From NCBI GenBank assembly GCA_046758965.1, contig JBHIBG010000003.1, positions 53,164-117,163 on the forward strand: DNA of 64,000 nucleotides, in the 5' to 3' direction. The position numbers and the translations under genes were made by a program. This DNA is from Candidatus Methylomirabilia bacterium (GTDB lineage: Bacteria > Methylomirabilota > Methylomirabilia > Rokubacteriales > CSP1-6). Positions within the stretch are counted from its first letter, which is position 1, and the number at the start of each line of letters is the position of its first letter. Shown here one piece after another: positions 47,846 through 57,474 of this stretch. Below the pieces are notes generated by a model. The model was not told the origin of the DNA. It saw only the letters and a list, made by a program, of their open reading frames with translations, and did no database searches.

Positions 47846-49906
47846 TCACGTGACCTCCTCCGGGCCCAGAATGACCAGGGCGTCCACCGCTGTGGCCATC
47901 TTGCCGCGGGCGATCACGGGATTCAGATCCAGCTCGGTGATGCGGGGATGGAGGGCGAGGAGCTGCCCCACCGCCAGGAGGATTCTCACGAGCGGCTCCT
48001 CATCACAGCCGGGCAACCCCCGATAGCCCCGGAGAAGCCGGGCGCGGAGCCCCGCTCCCAGCATCTCTCGCGCCTCCTCGGGATCGAGAGGAGCCAGGCC
48101 GAAGGCAGCATCCTGCAACGCCTCCGCCAGGACCCCACCCGTCGCCACTGCCACCACAGGCCCGAAGGTGAGGTCCTGCCTGCCACCCATGAGGAGCTCT
48201 ATGCCCGGTCCGACTTGCTCCTGAACGAGAAAGCGGACCGCTCCCAGTCGTGCCGTGAGATCGAGGCACGCCTCGCGAACGTCCCGGGCATCGCGAAGGT
48301 CTCCTCGAACCGCCCCTGCCTCGGTCTTGTGAAGGAGGCCCGCCCGCATCCCTTTGACGACCACGGGAAACCCGAGCGCCGTCGCCACTCCCACCGCCTG
48401 ATCAACCGACCCAGCCCACCCCTCCCGGCAGAAGGGGATGCCGGCGACCTCGAGGATCCGGCGGGCATCCTGATAGGGGAGCGCACCGTTTCGTGTGCGC
48501 AGAAGCTCCTCGAGATCGGGCGCCGGCGGAAGGCAGCCTTCGACAGGACCGGGCGCGGGCCTTCGCCGGCCGGCAAGGCTCAGCGCGCCAAAGGCCTTCA
48601 CGGCCCGTTCAGGGGTCGGGAGCACCGCGACCCCGGCGCCGGTGAAGCGGCGGGTCACTTCCGGGGCATCGGCGGTGAACGCGACGAGCGGCTTCCCATG
48701 CGCGGCGGCGGCCTGGATCAGTCCCTCAGCGAACTCGGGCAGGTCGAGGCCGACGTTGATCGCGACGGCCCCGGAAATCGCCTCCTGGCCGAGGACAGCG
48801 TGCGCCACCCGGGCGATGGCCGACGGAGCCACCTGCGGGGTCAGGTCCACGGGATTCCCTGTCGCAGCGAAGGGAGGAAGCAGCCGGCGGAGGTCACCGC
48901 TGACGGCGTGGGATAAGGCCGGCACCTCGAGGCCGAGCTCCTCGACCGCGTCAGCCGCGATGACCGAGGGGCCCCCTGACACCGTTACGATGGCGACCCC
49001 TCTGTCGCGGGGGAGCGTCTCTCGGCAGACGGAGAGGGCATGAATGGCATCGAAGAACTCCTCAGTCTCCCGGGTGGCCACGATCCCGCCTCGTCTGAAC
49101 GCCGCCTGATAGATCGCGTAGGTCCCGGCCAGCGCCCCGGTGTGGGAGCTGGCGGCCCGGCCCCCGGAGCCGGTCCGTCCGCCCTTCAGCACCACAACCG
49201 GTTTGACCGCGGTCGCTCGCCGGGCCGCATCGACGAAACGCCGCCCGTCCTCGACCGCCTCCACGAAGCAGGCAATGACCCCCGTCTCGGGATCGTCAGC
49301 CAGGAACTCGATAAGCTCCGCGATCCCCAGATCGACCTGGTTGCCTATGCTGACGAACTTGGCCACGCCCAGCCCCAATGACCCCAGGTGCCGGAAGATG
49401 AGGCCCCCGTAAGCCCCGCTCTGAGAGATCACGCTGATCCGTCCGGGCTGGCTGGGGAGCTCCCAGAAGTATGTCCCGTTCAGGCTCCCGTGGCTCGAGT
49501 AGACACCCATGCAGTTGGGGCCGACGAGCCTCATCCCCGCGTTCCGGGCGATGGCGACGAGCCGTCGCTCCGCCACGCTCCCCTCGGCGTCCACCTCGCC
49601 GAACCCCGAGGAGAGGATGACCGCAACACGAACCCGACGAACTGCCAGTCCCTCCACCGCAGGCGCCACAGCGGGTGCAGGCAGGCTCACCAGGGCCAGA
49701 TCGAGCGCCTCCGGAAGATCGGCGACCTGTGGCACGGTGGGGTAGCCCAGGATCGGCTCCCCGCTGGGGTTGACCGGATAGATCGGTCTTTCGTAGCCGT
49801 ACGCGGCGAGATTCTTGAGAAGCCGATGGCCCAGCTTTCCGGGATCCCGCGACACCCCCAGGACAGCCACCGACCCGGGGGAGAAGAGGGCATCCAGGCT
49901 GCTCAT
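47846..49906 (-). CDS. Acetate-CoA ligase (ADP-forming) family, fused alpha/beta
   Basis: YPVNP, GPNCMG, SQSGA, SHTGALAG, HKTEAGAV, ELDLNP. Confidence 0.92.
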   Translation of the reverse strand: MSSLDALFSPGSVAVLGVSRDPGKLGHRLLKNLAAYGYERPIYPVNPSGEPILGYPTVPQVADLPEALDLALVSLPAPAVAPAVEGLAVRRVRVAVILSSGFGEVDAEGSVAERRLVAIARNAGMRLVGPNCMGVYSSHGSLNGTYFWELPSQPGRISVISQSGAYGGLIFRHLGSLGLGVAKFVSIGNQVDLGIAELIEFLADDPETGVIACFVEAVEDGRRFVDAARRATAVKPVVVLKGGRTGSGGRAASSHTGALAGTYAIYQAAFRRGGIVATRETEEFFDAIHALSVCRETLPRDRGVAIVTVSGGPSVIAADAVEELGLEVPALSHAVSGDLRRLLPPFAATGNPVDLTPQVAPSAIARVAHAVLGQEAISGAVAINVGLDLPEFAEGLIQAAAAHGKPLVAFTADAPEVTRRFTGAGVAVLPTPERAVKAFGALSLAGRRRPAPGPVEGCLPPAPDLEELLRTRNGALPYQDARRILEVAGIPFCREGWAGSVDQAVGVATALGFPVVVKGMRAGLLHKTEAGAVRGDLRDARDVREACLDLTARLGAVRFLVQEQVGPGIELLMGGRQDLTFGPVVAVATGGVLAEALQDAAFGLAPLDPEEAREMLGAGLRARLLRGYRGLPGCDEEPLVRILLAVGQLLALHPRITELDLNPVIARGKMATAVDALVILGPEEVT

Positions 49907-51168
49907 CGGGGACGCGTGTCGAGGACGCGGACCGCCTTGCCCTGGGGCCGAGGGATCTCGCCGGGCTTGAGCAACCTGAGCTCCGCGCTGAGGCCGAGCA
50001 GCTCCCCGAGCTCGCGGCGGATCCGCTCGCCAGTGGCAGGATCAAAGCCCGGCTCCACCTCCATCAACACCGCCATTCGCTCGCCCGCCTGAGCCTCCAG
50101 CACGATCTGGTACTCGTGACTCACGCCGGGGTGGCGCAGGAGGAGCTGCTCCACCTGGCGCGGGTAGAAGTTCACCCCCTTGTAGATCACCATGTCGTCA
50201 GTCCGGCCCCGCAAGCGGTCGATGCGGAGATGGGTCCGGCCACAGCCGCAGGAACCCCGGCTGACCACGCGCGTGAGGTCATGAGTCCGGTACCGGACAA
50301 GGGGGAGCCCTTCGCGGGTGAGCGTCGAGATGACCAGCTCTCCTTCCGTGCCGTCCGGGAGCGCTCGCCCGCTCGCGGGCTCGACGATCTCAGCATAAAA
50401 GTGGTCCTCCCACAGGTGGATCCCGGCCCGGGCCTCGCAGTCGATCCCCATGCCGGGCCCGCCGGTCTCGGTCATCCCGACGAGGTCGAAGGTCTTGAGG
50501 CGCAGCTCCCGCTCGATGCGGGCCCGCAGCGGATCCGACCAGATCTCGGACCCGAGCAGCGCCACGCGGAGCGCCAGCTCCCCGAGGTCGAACTTCTCCT
50601 CTCGCGCCACCTCGATCAGCCTGAGCGGATAGGTCGCGATGGCGGTGAGCACCGTGGCCCCGAGATCTTTCATCAGCTTCAGCTGGAGGAGCGTCCGGCC
50701 GGCGCCGATCGGGATCACCATCGCCCCGAGGCGCTCGGCGCCGTAGTGGAAGCCGAAGCCGCCGGTGAAGAGCCCGAAGGAGGGGGTGATCTGGATGACG
50801 TCGTTGGCCGTCACCGTCGCTGCCCGATAGCAGCGCGCCATGACCTCGCCCCACTGGGCGATGTCGGCTTGCGTGTAGGGGTTGAGGATCGGGTTCCCGG
50901 TGGTGCCCGAGCTCATGTGGATCCGGAGGAACTGCTCCCGAGGCGCGCAGGCCAGCCCGAACGGGTAGCCGTCGCGGAGCTCCTCCTTGGTGAGGAACGG
51001 CAGCCGCTCCCAATCCTTCACCGAGCGGATCTCCCCAGGGTCAACGCCTCCGAGCCGGCGGTGGTAGGCGGGGTTCGTACGGACTCTTTCCAGCGTCCGT
51101 CGCATCCCCTGAAGCTGGCGCTCCGCCAGGCGTTCGCGGCTGAGGGTTTCGATCTCAGGCTGGAACAT
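49903..51168 (-). CDS. Phenylacetate-CoA ligase family
   Basis: SSGTTGNP, GLFTGGFGFHYGAE, RYRTHDL, GRTDDM. Confidence 0.9.
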   Translation of the reverse strand: MFQPEIETLSRERLAERQLQGMRRTLERVRTNPAYHRRLGGVDPGEIRSVKDWERLPFLTKEELRDGYPFGLACAPREQFLRIHMSSGTTGNPILNPYTQADIAQWGEVMARCYRAATVTANDVIQITPSFGLFTGGFGFHYGAERLGAMVIPIGAGRTLLQLKLMKDLGATVLTAIATYPLRLIEVAREEKFDLGELALRVALLGSEIWSDPLRARIERELRLKTFDLVGMTETGGPGMGIDCEARAGIHLWEDHFYAEIVEPASGRALPDGTEGELVISTLTREGLPLVRYRTHDLTRVVSRGSCGCGRTHLRIDRLRGRTDDMVIYKGVNFYPRQVEQLLLRHPGVSHEYQIVLEAQAGERMAVLMEVEPGFDPATGERIRRELGELLGLSAELRLLKPGEIPRPQGKAVRVLDTRPR

Positions 51169-51886
51169 CGCTCAGGCCCAGGTACGCCTTCCGGATCCGT
51201 GGGTCCTGCGCGAGGCGTGCGCTCGCCCCTTCGAGGACCACGCGCCCGGTCTCGAGGACATAGCCCCGCGAGGCCAGTCTCAGGGCGAGGCGGGCATTCT
51301 GCTCGACCAGGAGGATGGTAACGCCGGCGGCGTTGATCTCCCGAATCACCTTGAAAATTTCCCTCACGACCATCGGCGCCAGCCCGAGGGACGGCTCGTC
51401 CAAGAGCAGGACCTTCGGCTGGGCCATCAGGGCCCGGGCGATAGCGAGCATCTGCTGCTCGCCGCCAGAGAGGGTCGCGGCGAGCTGGGCGCGCCGCTCC
51501 CCGAGGACCGGGAAGACCCGCGTGACCCGGGCAAGGGTCGCCCGGATCTCCGCCTCGTCCGACCGCGTGTGCGCGCCCACCAGGAGGTTCTCGTAGACCG
51601 TGAACTCCGGAAAGAGATCCCGGCCTTCGGGGACGTGGGAGATCCCCCCGGACACGATCTCGTTGGGGGACGCCCGGGTGATTTCACGCCCCTCGTACAG
51701 AATGCGCCCGCGCGCCGGCCGGACGAGCCCCGAGATCGCCCGGAGCGTGGTGCTCTTGCCCGCTCCGTTGGCGCCGAGGAGCGTGACGATCTGCCCGGCC
51801 TCCACCCGGAGCGACACGCTGTCGAGCGCCCGGCGGCGGCCGTAAAAGACATCCACCTCTTCGATCTCAAGCGTCGCCGGCGTCAT
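51155..51886 (-). CDS. ABC ATPase (LivF-like)
   Basis: GANGAGKST, LSGGEQQM, LDEPSLGLAP. Confidence 0.92.
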   Translation of the reverse strand: MTPATLEIEEVDVFYGRRRALDSVSLRVEAGQIVTLLGANGAGKSTTLRAISGLVRPARGRILYEGREITRASPNEIVSGGISHVPEGRDLFPEFTVYENLLVGAHTRSDEAEIRATLARVTRVFPVLGERRAQLAATLSGGEQQMLAIARALMAQPKVLLLDEPSLGLAPMVVREIFKVIREINAAGVTILLVEQNARLALRLASRGYVLETGRVVLEGASARLAQDPRIRKAYLGLSDVPA

Positions 51887-52640
51887 CCCCTCCTCCGAGG
51901 TACGCTTCGACCACCGCCGGGTCCCTGGCAACCTCGCGCGGCTTGCCCTCGGCGATCTTGCGCCCGTAATGGAGGACCGCGACGCGGTCGGACACGCCCA
52001 TCACCAGCTCCATGTTGTGCTCGACCACCAGGATGGTCAGGCCGGCTTCGTCGCGCAGGCGGCTGATCACGCCCATCAACGCTTGTGTTTCGGTCGGGTT
52101 TAGCCCGCCGGCCGGCTCGTCGAGCAGCACCAGCCGGGGTGCCGAAGCCAGGGCTCGGGCGATCTCGAGCCGCTTCTGAAAACCCAGTGGCAGGCTGCTC
52201 GCCTCGACATGGGCGGCGTCCGCCAGCCCGAACTGCCGCAACAGCGCGAGGCCGCGCTGCCGGGCCTCGGCCTCTTCGCGGCGCACCGAGGCCAGCAGCA
52301 GCGCGCCACCGAGGACACCGCCGGAGAGGCGCACGTGGGACCCGATCAGGACGTTGTCGAGCACGGAGAGCCGTCGGAAGACCTCCGTGTTCTGGAACGT
52401 CCGCGCAATGCCCAGGCGGGCAATCTGGTGGGGTGGGAGCCGGGTCAGCTCAACGCCGTCGAAGTAGGCAGCCCCACCCGTGGGCCGGTACAAACCGGTC
52501 AGCACGTTGAAGACGGTGGTCTTCCCCGCTCCGTTGGGGCCGATGAGGGCATAGATCTCCCCCCGCCCGACTTCGAAGCTCACCCGGCTCAGGGCGGTCA
52601 GACCTCCAAAACTGATGGACAATCCCTCAACCCTGAGCAC
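51867..52640 (-). CDS. ABC ATPase (LivG-like)
   Basis: GPNGAGKTT, RTFQN, LDEPAGG. Confidence 0.92.
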   Translation of the reverse strand: MLRVEGLSISFGGLTALSRVSFEVGRGEIYALIGPNGAGKTTVFNVLTGLYRPTGGAAYFDGVELTRLPPHQIARLGIARTFQNTEVFRRLSVLDNVLIGSHVRLSGGVLGGALLLASVRREEAEARQRGLALLRQFGLADAAHVEASSLPLGFQKRLEIARALASAPRLVLLDEPAGGLNPTETQALMGVISRLRDEAGLTILVVEHNMELVMGVSDRVAVLHYGRKIAEGKPREVARDPAVVEAYLGGGDDAGDA

Positions 52641-52655
52641 CCGGCCACTCAGCGG

Positions 52656-53819
52656 CTACTTGGCCGACAGCCAATCCGTCAACGGCTTGAACCGCCCGCC
52701 CTCAACTCGCACCCAGAACCCCTGCAGTTGGGTCTCATGGTCCTTGCGGGAAATCGTCATCGGGGGCAGGATCCCGCTCTCCCAGTTCGCGATGCCTTCC
52801 AGCGCCTCGATCAGCCGCCCGCGCGTCAGGGCTCTGCCGGCCTGCTTGGCGCCTTCGGTGAAGAGCATCGCGGAGAAATAGCCCGCAAGCGAGTAACGGT
52901 TTGGGGCGTGCCCCGGGTGGTACTTTTCGAGCAACTCTCGATACCGGCGGACGCCCGGCAGGTCGGAGCTAACCGGGTCCGGCCAGAGCGAAAGCCCCTC
53001 CACCCCCTCGGAGGCCACGCCCGCCAGCCCCAGATAGCGCTCATCGGTGAGGGGGCCGGATGAGACCATGAGCGTGTCCTTCCAGCCGATCTTGTTGGCC
53101 TCCTTGAGCGCCTGCGCGGCGGGACCCGGGGTCGCCACCAGGAAGGTCACTTGAGGCTTGGCCGCCCGAAGCTTGGCGATCTGGGCACTCACGTCCTTGG
53201 CGCCGCGCTTGTAGGATTCGGCCGCGGCCACCTTCAGGTTGTAGCGCGCCAGGTTCTTCCGAAAGGGCACGAGGAAGCTCTTGCCGTAGGCGTCGTCCTG
53301 ATACAGCACCGCGAACTTCTTGAAGTTCCGCTGTGTGACCAGGTAGTCGATCATGATCTTGGCCTGGCGGTCGTACAGCGTCATGCCGCTGAACACGTAC
53401 TTCTTTCCCCGCGTCACCGACGCCCCCTGGTACGGAAAGAGGAGGGGGACCTTGTTCTCGGCGAGGTACTTCAGCGTGGCGACCACGGGAGGGGTTCCCT
53501 GGGGCGCAAGGATCGCGAAGACGCCGTCCCGCTCCACGAGCTTCTTGGTGTTGGCGACCGCCGCCTGCGGCTTGTAGCCGTCGTCGTAGTAGACGGTGCG
53601 GACCTTCCGCCCGTGGATCCCGCCTTGGTCATTGACATGCTTGAAGTAGAGGTCGATCCCGAACTTGGTCAGCTCACTCCCGGTAAAGGCCAGGGGACCC
53701 GAGAAGGAGTTGGAGCAGCCGACCACGATCTCCCTGTCGGTCACGCCCACCTCCGCAGACGCCGGAGCCACCGCCAGTGCCAGGACCATCGCCACTGCCG
53801 CGCTGAGCCATCGAGTCAT
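52656..53819 (-). CDS. ABC substrate-binding protein
   Basis: Signal peptide, GVTDREI, GGIHGRK, DDGYKP, QDDAYG. Confidence 0.92.
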   Translation of the reverse strand: MTRWLSAAVAMVLALAVAPASAEVGVTDREIVVGCSNSFSGPLAFTGSELTKFGIDLYFKHVNDQGGIHGRKVRTVYYDDGYKPQAAVANTKKLVERDGVFAILAPQGTPPVVATLKYLAENKVPLLFPYQGASVTRGKKYVFSGMTLYDRQAKIMIDYLVTQRNFKKFAVLYQDDAYGKSFLVPFRKNLARYNLKVAAAESYKRGAKDVSAQIAKLRAAKPQVTFLVATPGPAAQALKEANKIGWKDTLMVSSGPLTDERYLGLAGVASEGVEGLSLWPDPVSSDLPGVRRYRELLEKYHPGHAPNRYSLAGYFSAMLFTEGAKQAGRALTRGRLIEALEGIANWESGILPPMTISRKDHETQLQGFWVRVEGGRFKPLTDWLSAK

Positions 53820-54736
53820 GATTGCCTCCTGAGGGCGAAGCTTGCCACCCCGCCCGGCATGAACAGCATGCACCCGATCATGATCGCTCCGAAGATGAGC
53901 GGCCGGTACTGCTGGAACCCGGCCAGCCAGTCCTGGAGCACCGTCACGATACCGGCCCCGATCAGGGAGCCGCCGATGGATCCGAGGCCGCCGATGATGA
54001 TCATGGCCACGAAATCCACCGAGAGGAAGATATCAAAGGCGTCGGGGGAGAGGAACCCCACGACGAAGGCGAACAGCCCCCCCGCCACCCCGGTGTAGAA
54101 GGCGCTCACGGCAAAGGCCACCGTCTTGTACCAGGCGAGGTTCACGCCGCTGGTCTGCGCCGCGATCTCACTCTCACGGATCGCCACAAACGCCCGCCCC
54201 GTGCGGCTCCCCACCAGGTTCCTGGCCAGCAGCGTCATCACCACGCCGGTTGCCAGCACGAGGTAGTAGCGCCGCGCGTCCGAGGAGAAGTCGAGCCAGA
54301 GAAGGCTCCCCTCCGGCACCTGGAGGCCGTCCGATCCCTGGGTCAGCCCATCGAGGGTCAGGATCAGTTCCACGACCACGAACCCGAAGGCCAGAGTGGC
54401 CATGGCGAGGTAGAGCCCGTGAAGCCTGAGACACGGGAGCCCGAGGGCCACCCCGATCAGACCGGTGACGACTCCCGCGGCCAGCAGCGTGAGGGGCAAC
54501 GGAGTTCCGGGCAGGCGCAGGGTGAGGATCGCCGCGGTGTATGCCCCCACCGCGAGAAAGCCGGCGTGGCCGAAGGAGAGCTGGTTGGTGTAGCCGGAGA
54601 GCAGGTTCAGCCCCAGCGCGACGATGGCGTTGACGATGGCCAGGCTCGCGAGGAAGACGTAGTACTGGGGGACCATCCAGGGCAGCGCCACCGCCACCAC
54701 CGCTCCCCCCGCGAGGACCGCCTGGCGCCATGCCAC
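53816..54736 (-). CDS. ABC permease (LivM-like)
   Basis: GLNLLSGYTNQLSFGH, LRLHGLYLAMAT. Confidence 0.9.
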   Translation of the reverse strand: MAWRQAVLAGGAVVAVALPWMVPQYYVFLASLAIVNAIVALGLNLLSGYTNQLSFGHAGFLAVGAYTAAILTLRLPGTPLPLTLLAAGVVTGLIGVALGLPCLRLHGLYLAMATLAFGFVVVELILTLDGLTQGSDGLQVPEGSLLWLDFSSDARRYYLVLATGVVMTLLARNLVGSRTGRAFVAIRESEIAAQTSGVNLAWYKTVAFAVSAFYTGVAGGLFAFVVGFLSPDAFDIFLSVDFVAMIIIGGLGSIGGSLIGAGIVTVLQDWLAGFQQYRPLIFGAIMIGCMLFMPGGVASFALRRQS

Positions 54737-54738
54737 CG

Positions 54739-55617
54739 CTACACCCTCCGCTGCCGGGCGACTCCCAGAAGCCCGCTGGGCCGCACGACCAGGATCGCAA
54801 TCAGCAGGAGAAACGGGACCGAGTACCGGATTTCGGAGGGAAGGTAGAGCGGGGCCAGGTTCTCGATGACGCCCAGCGCCATCCCTCCGATCACCGCGCC
54901 CGGCAGCGACCCGAATCCTCCGAGGATGGCCGCGATGAAGCCGTTGATGACGATGAGCCCCATCTTGGAGGAGAGGAAGATCACCGGCGCGACGAGAAAG
55001 CCGGCCACCGCGCTCACCACGGCGGCCAGGACCCACGCGGCGGTGTAGATGCGCTCCACGCTGATTCCCATGAGGGAGGCCGCCCGCTGATTCTGGGAGA
55101 CCGCGCGCATCGCTCGCCCCAGCCGGGTGAAGCCGAAGAGGAGGTAGAGCGCGAGCATCAGCGCCAGCGAGGCGCCGATCACTCCCAGCGAATCCCGCGC
55201 GATCCGCACGGGGCCGAGGGCCACCGGGTCTCCGGCAAACAGCGAGGGGAACGGGAACTCGTCGTGGGTCCAGACGAGCCCCGCCACGCTCTGGAGGACC
55301 AGGGCAAGGCCGAACGTGATGATGAGGACGTCGAAGTGAGTCGCCCCGATGGCGTGGCGAATGATCAGCCGCTCCACGAGGAAGGCCAGCACGGCCCCGC
55401 CCAGGACCGCTCCCAGCAGGGCGACGGGAAGCGGAAGCCCCATCATCGTGTAGGCTGTGTACCCCACGAAGGTGGAGATCATGAGCAGTTCGCCCTGGGC
55501 GAAGTTGATGGTCCGGGTCGCGTTGTAGATGATGATGAGGCTGATCGCGATCAGAGAGTAGATGCTCCCCGTGGCGATCCCGCTCGCCACCACCTGGGTC
55601 ACGACCGTCGCGTCCAT
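54739..55617 (-). CDS. ABC permease (LivH-like)
   Basis: INFAQGE, GRAMRAVSQN, ILGGFGS. Confidence 0.9.
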   Translation of the reverse strand: MDATVVTQVVASGIATGSIYSLIAISLIIIYNATRTINFAQGELLMISTFVGYTAYTMMGLPLPVALLGAVLGGAVLAFLVERLIIRHAIGATHFDVLIITFGLALVLQSVAGLVWTHDEFPFPSLFAGDPVALGPVRIARDSLGVIGASLALMLALYLLFGFTRLGRAMRAVSQNQRAASLMGISVERIYTAAWVLAAVVSAVAGFLVAPVIFLSSKMGLIVINGFIAAILGGFGSLPGAVIGGMALGVIENLAPLYLPSEIRYSVPFLLLIAILVVRPSGLLGVARQRRV

Positions 55618-55737
55618 CCCCAATTTCAGCTCCGATCTGACAAAAAGCTTACCTGTCGCGCCGAACAGCCCCACGGCGCTCCATCCCCCTCGGAGGGGGG
55701 CGCCGCCCCCCTGGCGAAACCTCCCCCCGCCCCCCCC

Positions 55738-57474
55738 TCAGGCTTTGCGGCGAAGGGCGGCGGTGCGATCGGCATCCACGGCGAAAGTCTCCGGGTCGAT
55801 CCAGACGCCGTAGTCCCGGCGGGCGGCCTCGAGCGAGATAAGGCCATCCCGGACCTCCGCGGCGACAAGCTCGGCCGGTCGCTCGAGCGGGTCGCCGTAG
55901 CCCCCGCCGCCGCCGGCCTGCTGATAGAAGATGGTCCCTCGCGGAATCGGCAGGATCTCCTTCGACCGCGGAACGATCGCCTGACCGGCGGGGGTGCGCA
56001 GCTCGATGCGGTTTAGCGCGCCAGCGCCGGCGCCGAACAGGCCGAAGGCCCGCGCCTCCTCGTCGACCCCGTCCCCGAACGTTATGCCCGTCACCTGTTC
56101 GCCGTCGATCTCGAACTCCGTTTCGACGCCGAGACCGCCGCGCCAGCGGCCCGGCCCGGCGGAGTCCGGCAGGTACTCGTGGCGGCGCAGGCGGTGGGGC
56201 GTATGGACCTCGAACATCTCATAGTCCTGGGCCAGGATCCCGCCCGCGGTATTGATGAGGCCGATGTGGTCGTAGCCGTCGCACCCGCGCACCGCGCCAG
56301 AGCCGCCTTTCAGCGCCAGGAAGAGAATGTCGACGTACCTCCGCCGGTGGCGCGGATCGTTCCCGGTGACGGTCAGGCCGAGCATCCGGTTCCAGCCGGC
56401 GGAGACGCGGTCGGGCAGCGCGGGCGCAAGCGCTCGGAAGATCGCGTCCGAGTGCGGACCCGCGAGGGTGTTGCCGAACGTGGTCGCCGCGGGGAACTCG
56501 GCGTTCAGGATGGTGCCGCGCGGGATCTGCACGCTGATCGGGCGCAGGATACCCTCGTTGTGCGGGAGGTCGGGATCCACCAGCATCAGGAGCGTCAGGA
56601 TGACCGCCGAGAGCGACGAGGCATAGGGGGCGTTGACGAAGCCGACGGTCTGGGGATCCGTGCCGGCGTAGTCGAAGCGGATATCGCTCCCGCGCTTGTC
56701 AATCGCGACGCGGATGGCGTGCCGGCTCCCGTCATGGTAGCCGTCGTAGAACACCGTGCTCTCCCCGACATAGACGCCGTCCGGGATGCGGGCGAGCTCC
56801 GCGCGCATGCGCCGCTCCGCGGCATCGAGGAGGAACTCCACGTGCCGCTCGATCCTTTCGGCCCCGTGGCGCCGGTAGAGCTCGAGCACGCCCCGCTCGC
56901 CCACGACCGTGCCGCCGATCTGCGCGCGGATGTCCTCCTCCACGATCGGCAGGCGCACGTTCGCGAAGACGAAATTCCACACGTCGCGCCGCAACCGGCC
57001 CTCGTCGACGATCCGGAGCGGCGGGATGCGGAGCGCCTCCTGCCAGACCTCCGTCGCCTTGGGGTTGTAGCCTCCGGCTTGGGCCCCGCCGATATCCGCC
57101 TGGTGGCCCTTCGTCGCCGCCCACGCGACGAGCCGCCCCTCGAAGAAGACGGGGCGGAACACGGCGACGTCGTTGTTCTGGTTCCCGCCCGAGAAGACAT
57201 CGTTGTGGAGAAAGACATCACCCGGGTGGACATCGTCGCCGAACGCCTCGATCACGGCGCGACACGCGGGCTGGAGGGCGAAGGCGAGAATGGGGATGTA
57301 CTCGGTCTGCTCGAGCATTCTCCCCTGCGCGTCGTAGAGGCCCGTCACGAAGTCGCGCGCCTCGTTGAGGATCGGCGACCGGGTCGTGCGCAGCAGCGTG
57401 ACTCCCATCTCCTCGGTGATCGCCTTCAGCCGCCGGTGCAGCACGGAGGCGAAGATAGGGTCGATCGCGGTCAT
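55738..57474 (-). CDS. Hydantoinase B/oxoprolinase family subunit
   Basis: EEMGVTLLRTTRSP..EARDF, HQADIGG, DSAGPGRWRGG, GGGGGYGDP. Confidence 0.93.
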   Translation of the reverse strand: MTAIDPIFASVLHRRLKAITEEMGVTLLRTTRSPILNEARDFVTGLYDAQGRMLEQTEYIPILAFALQPACRAVIEAFGDDVHPGDVFLHNDVFSGGNQNNDVAVFRPVFFEGRLVAWAATKGHQADIGGAQAGGYNPKATEVWQEALRIPPLRIVDEGRLRRDVWNFVFANVRLPIVEEDIRAQIGGTVVGERGVLELYRRHGAERIERHVEFLLDAAERRMRAELARIPDGVYVGESTVFYDGYHDGSRHAIRVAIDKRGSDIRFDYAGTDPQTVGFVNAPYASSLSAVILTLLMLVDPDLPHNEGILRPISVQIPRGTILNAEFPAATTFGNTLAGPHSDAIFRALAPALPDRVSAGWNRMLGLTVTGNDPRHRRRYVDILFLALKGGSGAVRGCDGYDHIGLINTAGGILAQDYEMFEVHTPHRLRRHEYLPDSAGPGRWRGGLGVETEFEIDGEQVTGITFGDGVDEEARAFGLFGAGAGALNRIELRTPAGQAIVPRSKEILPIPRGTIFYQQAGGGGGYGDPLERPAELVAAEVRDGLISLEAARRDYGVWIDPETFAVDADRTAALRRKA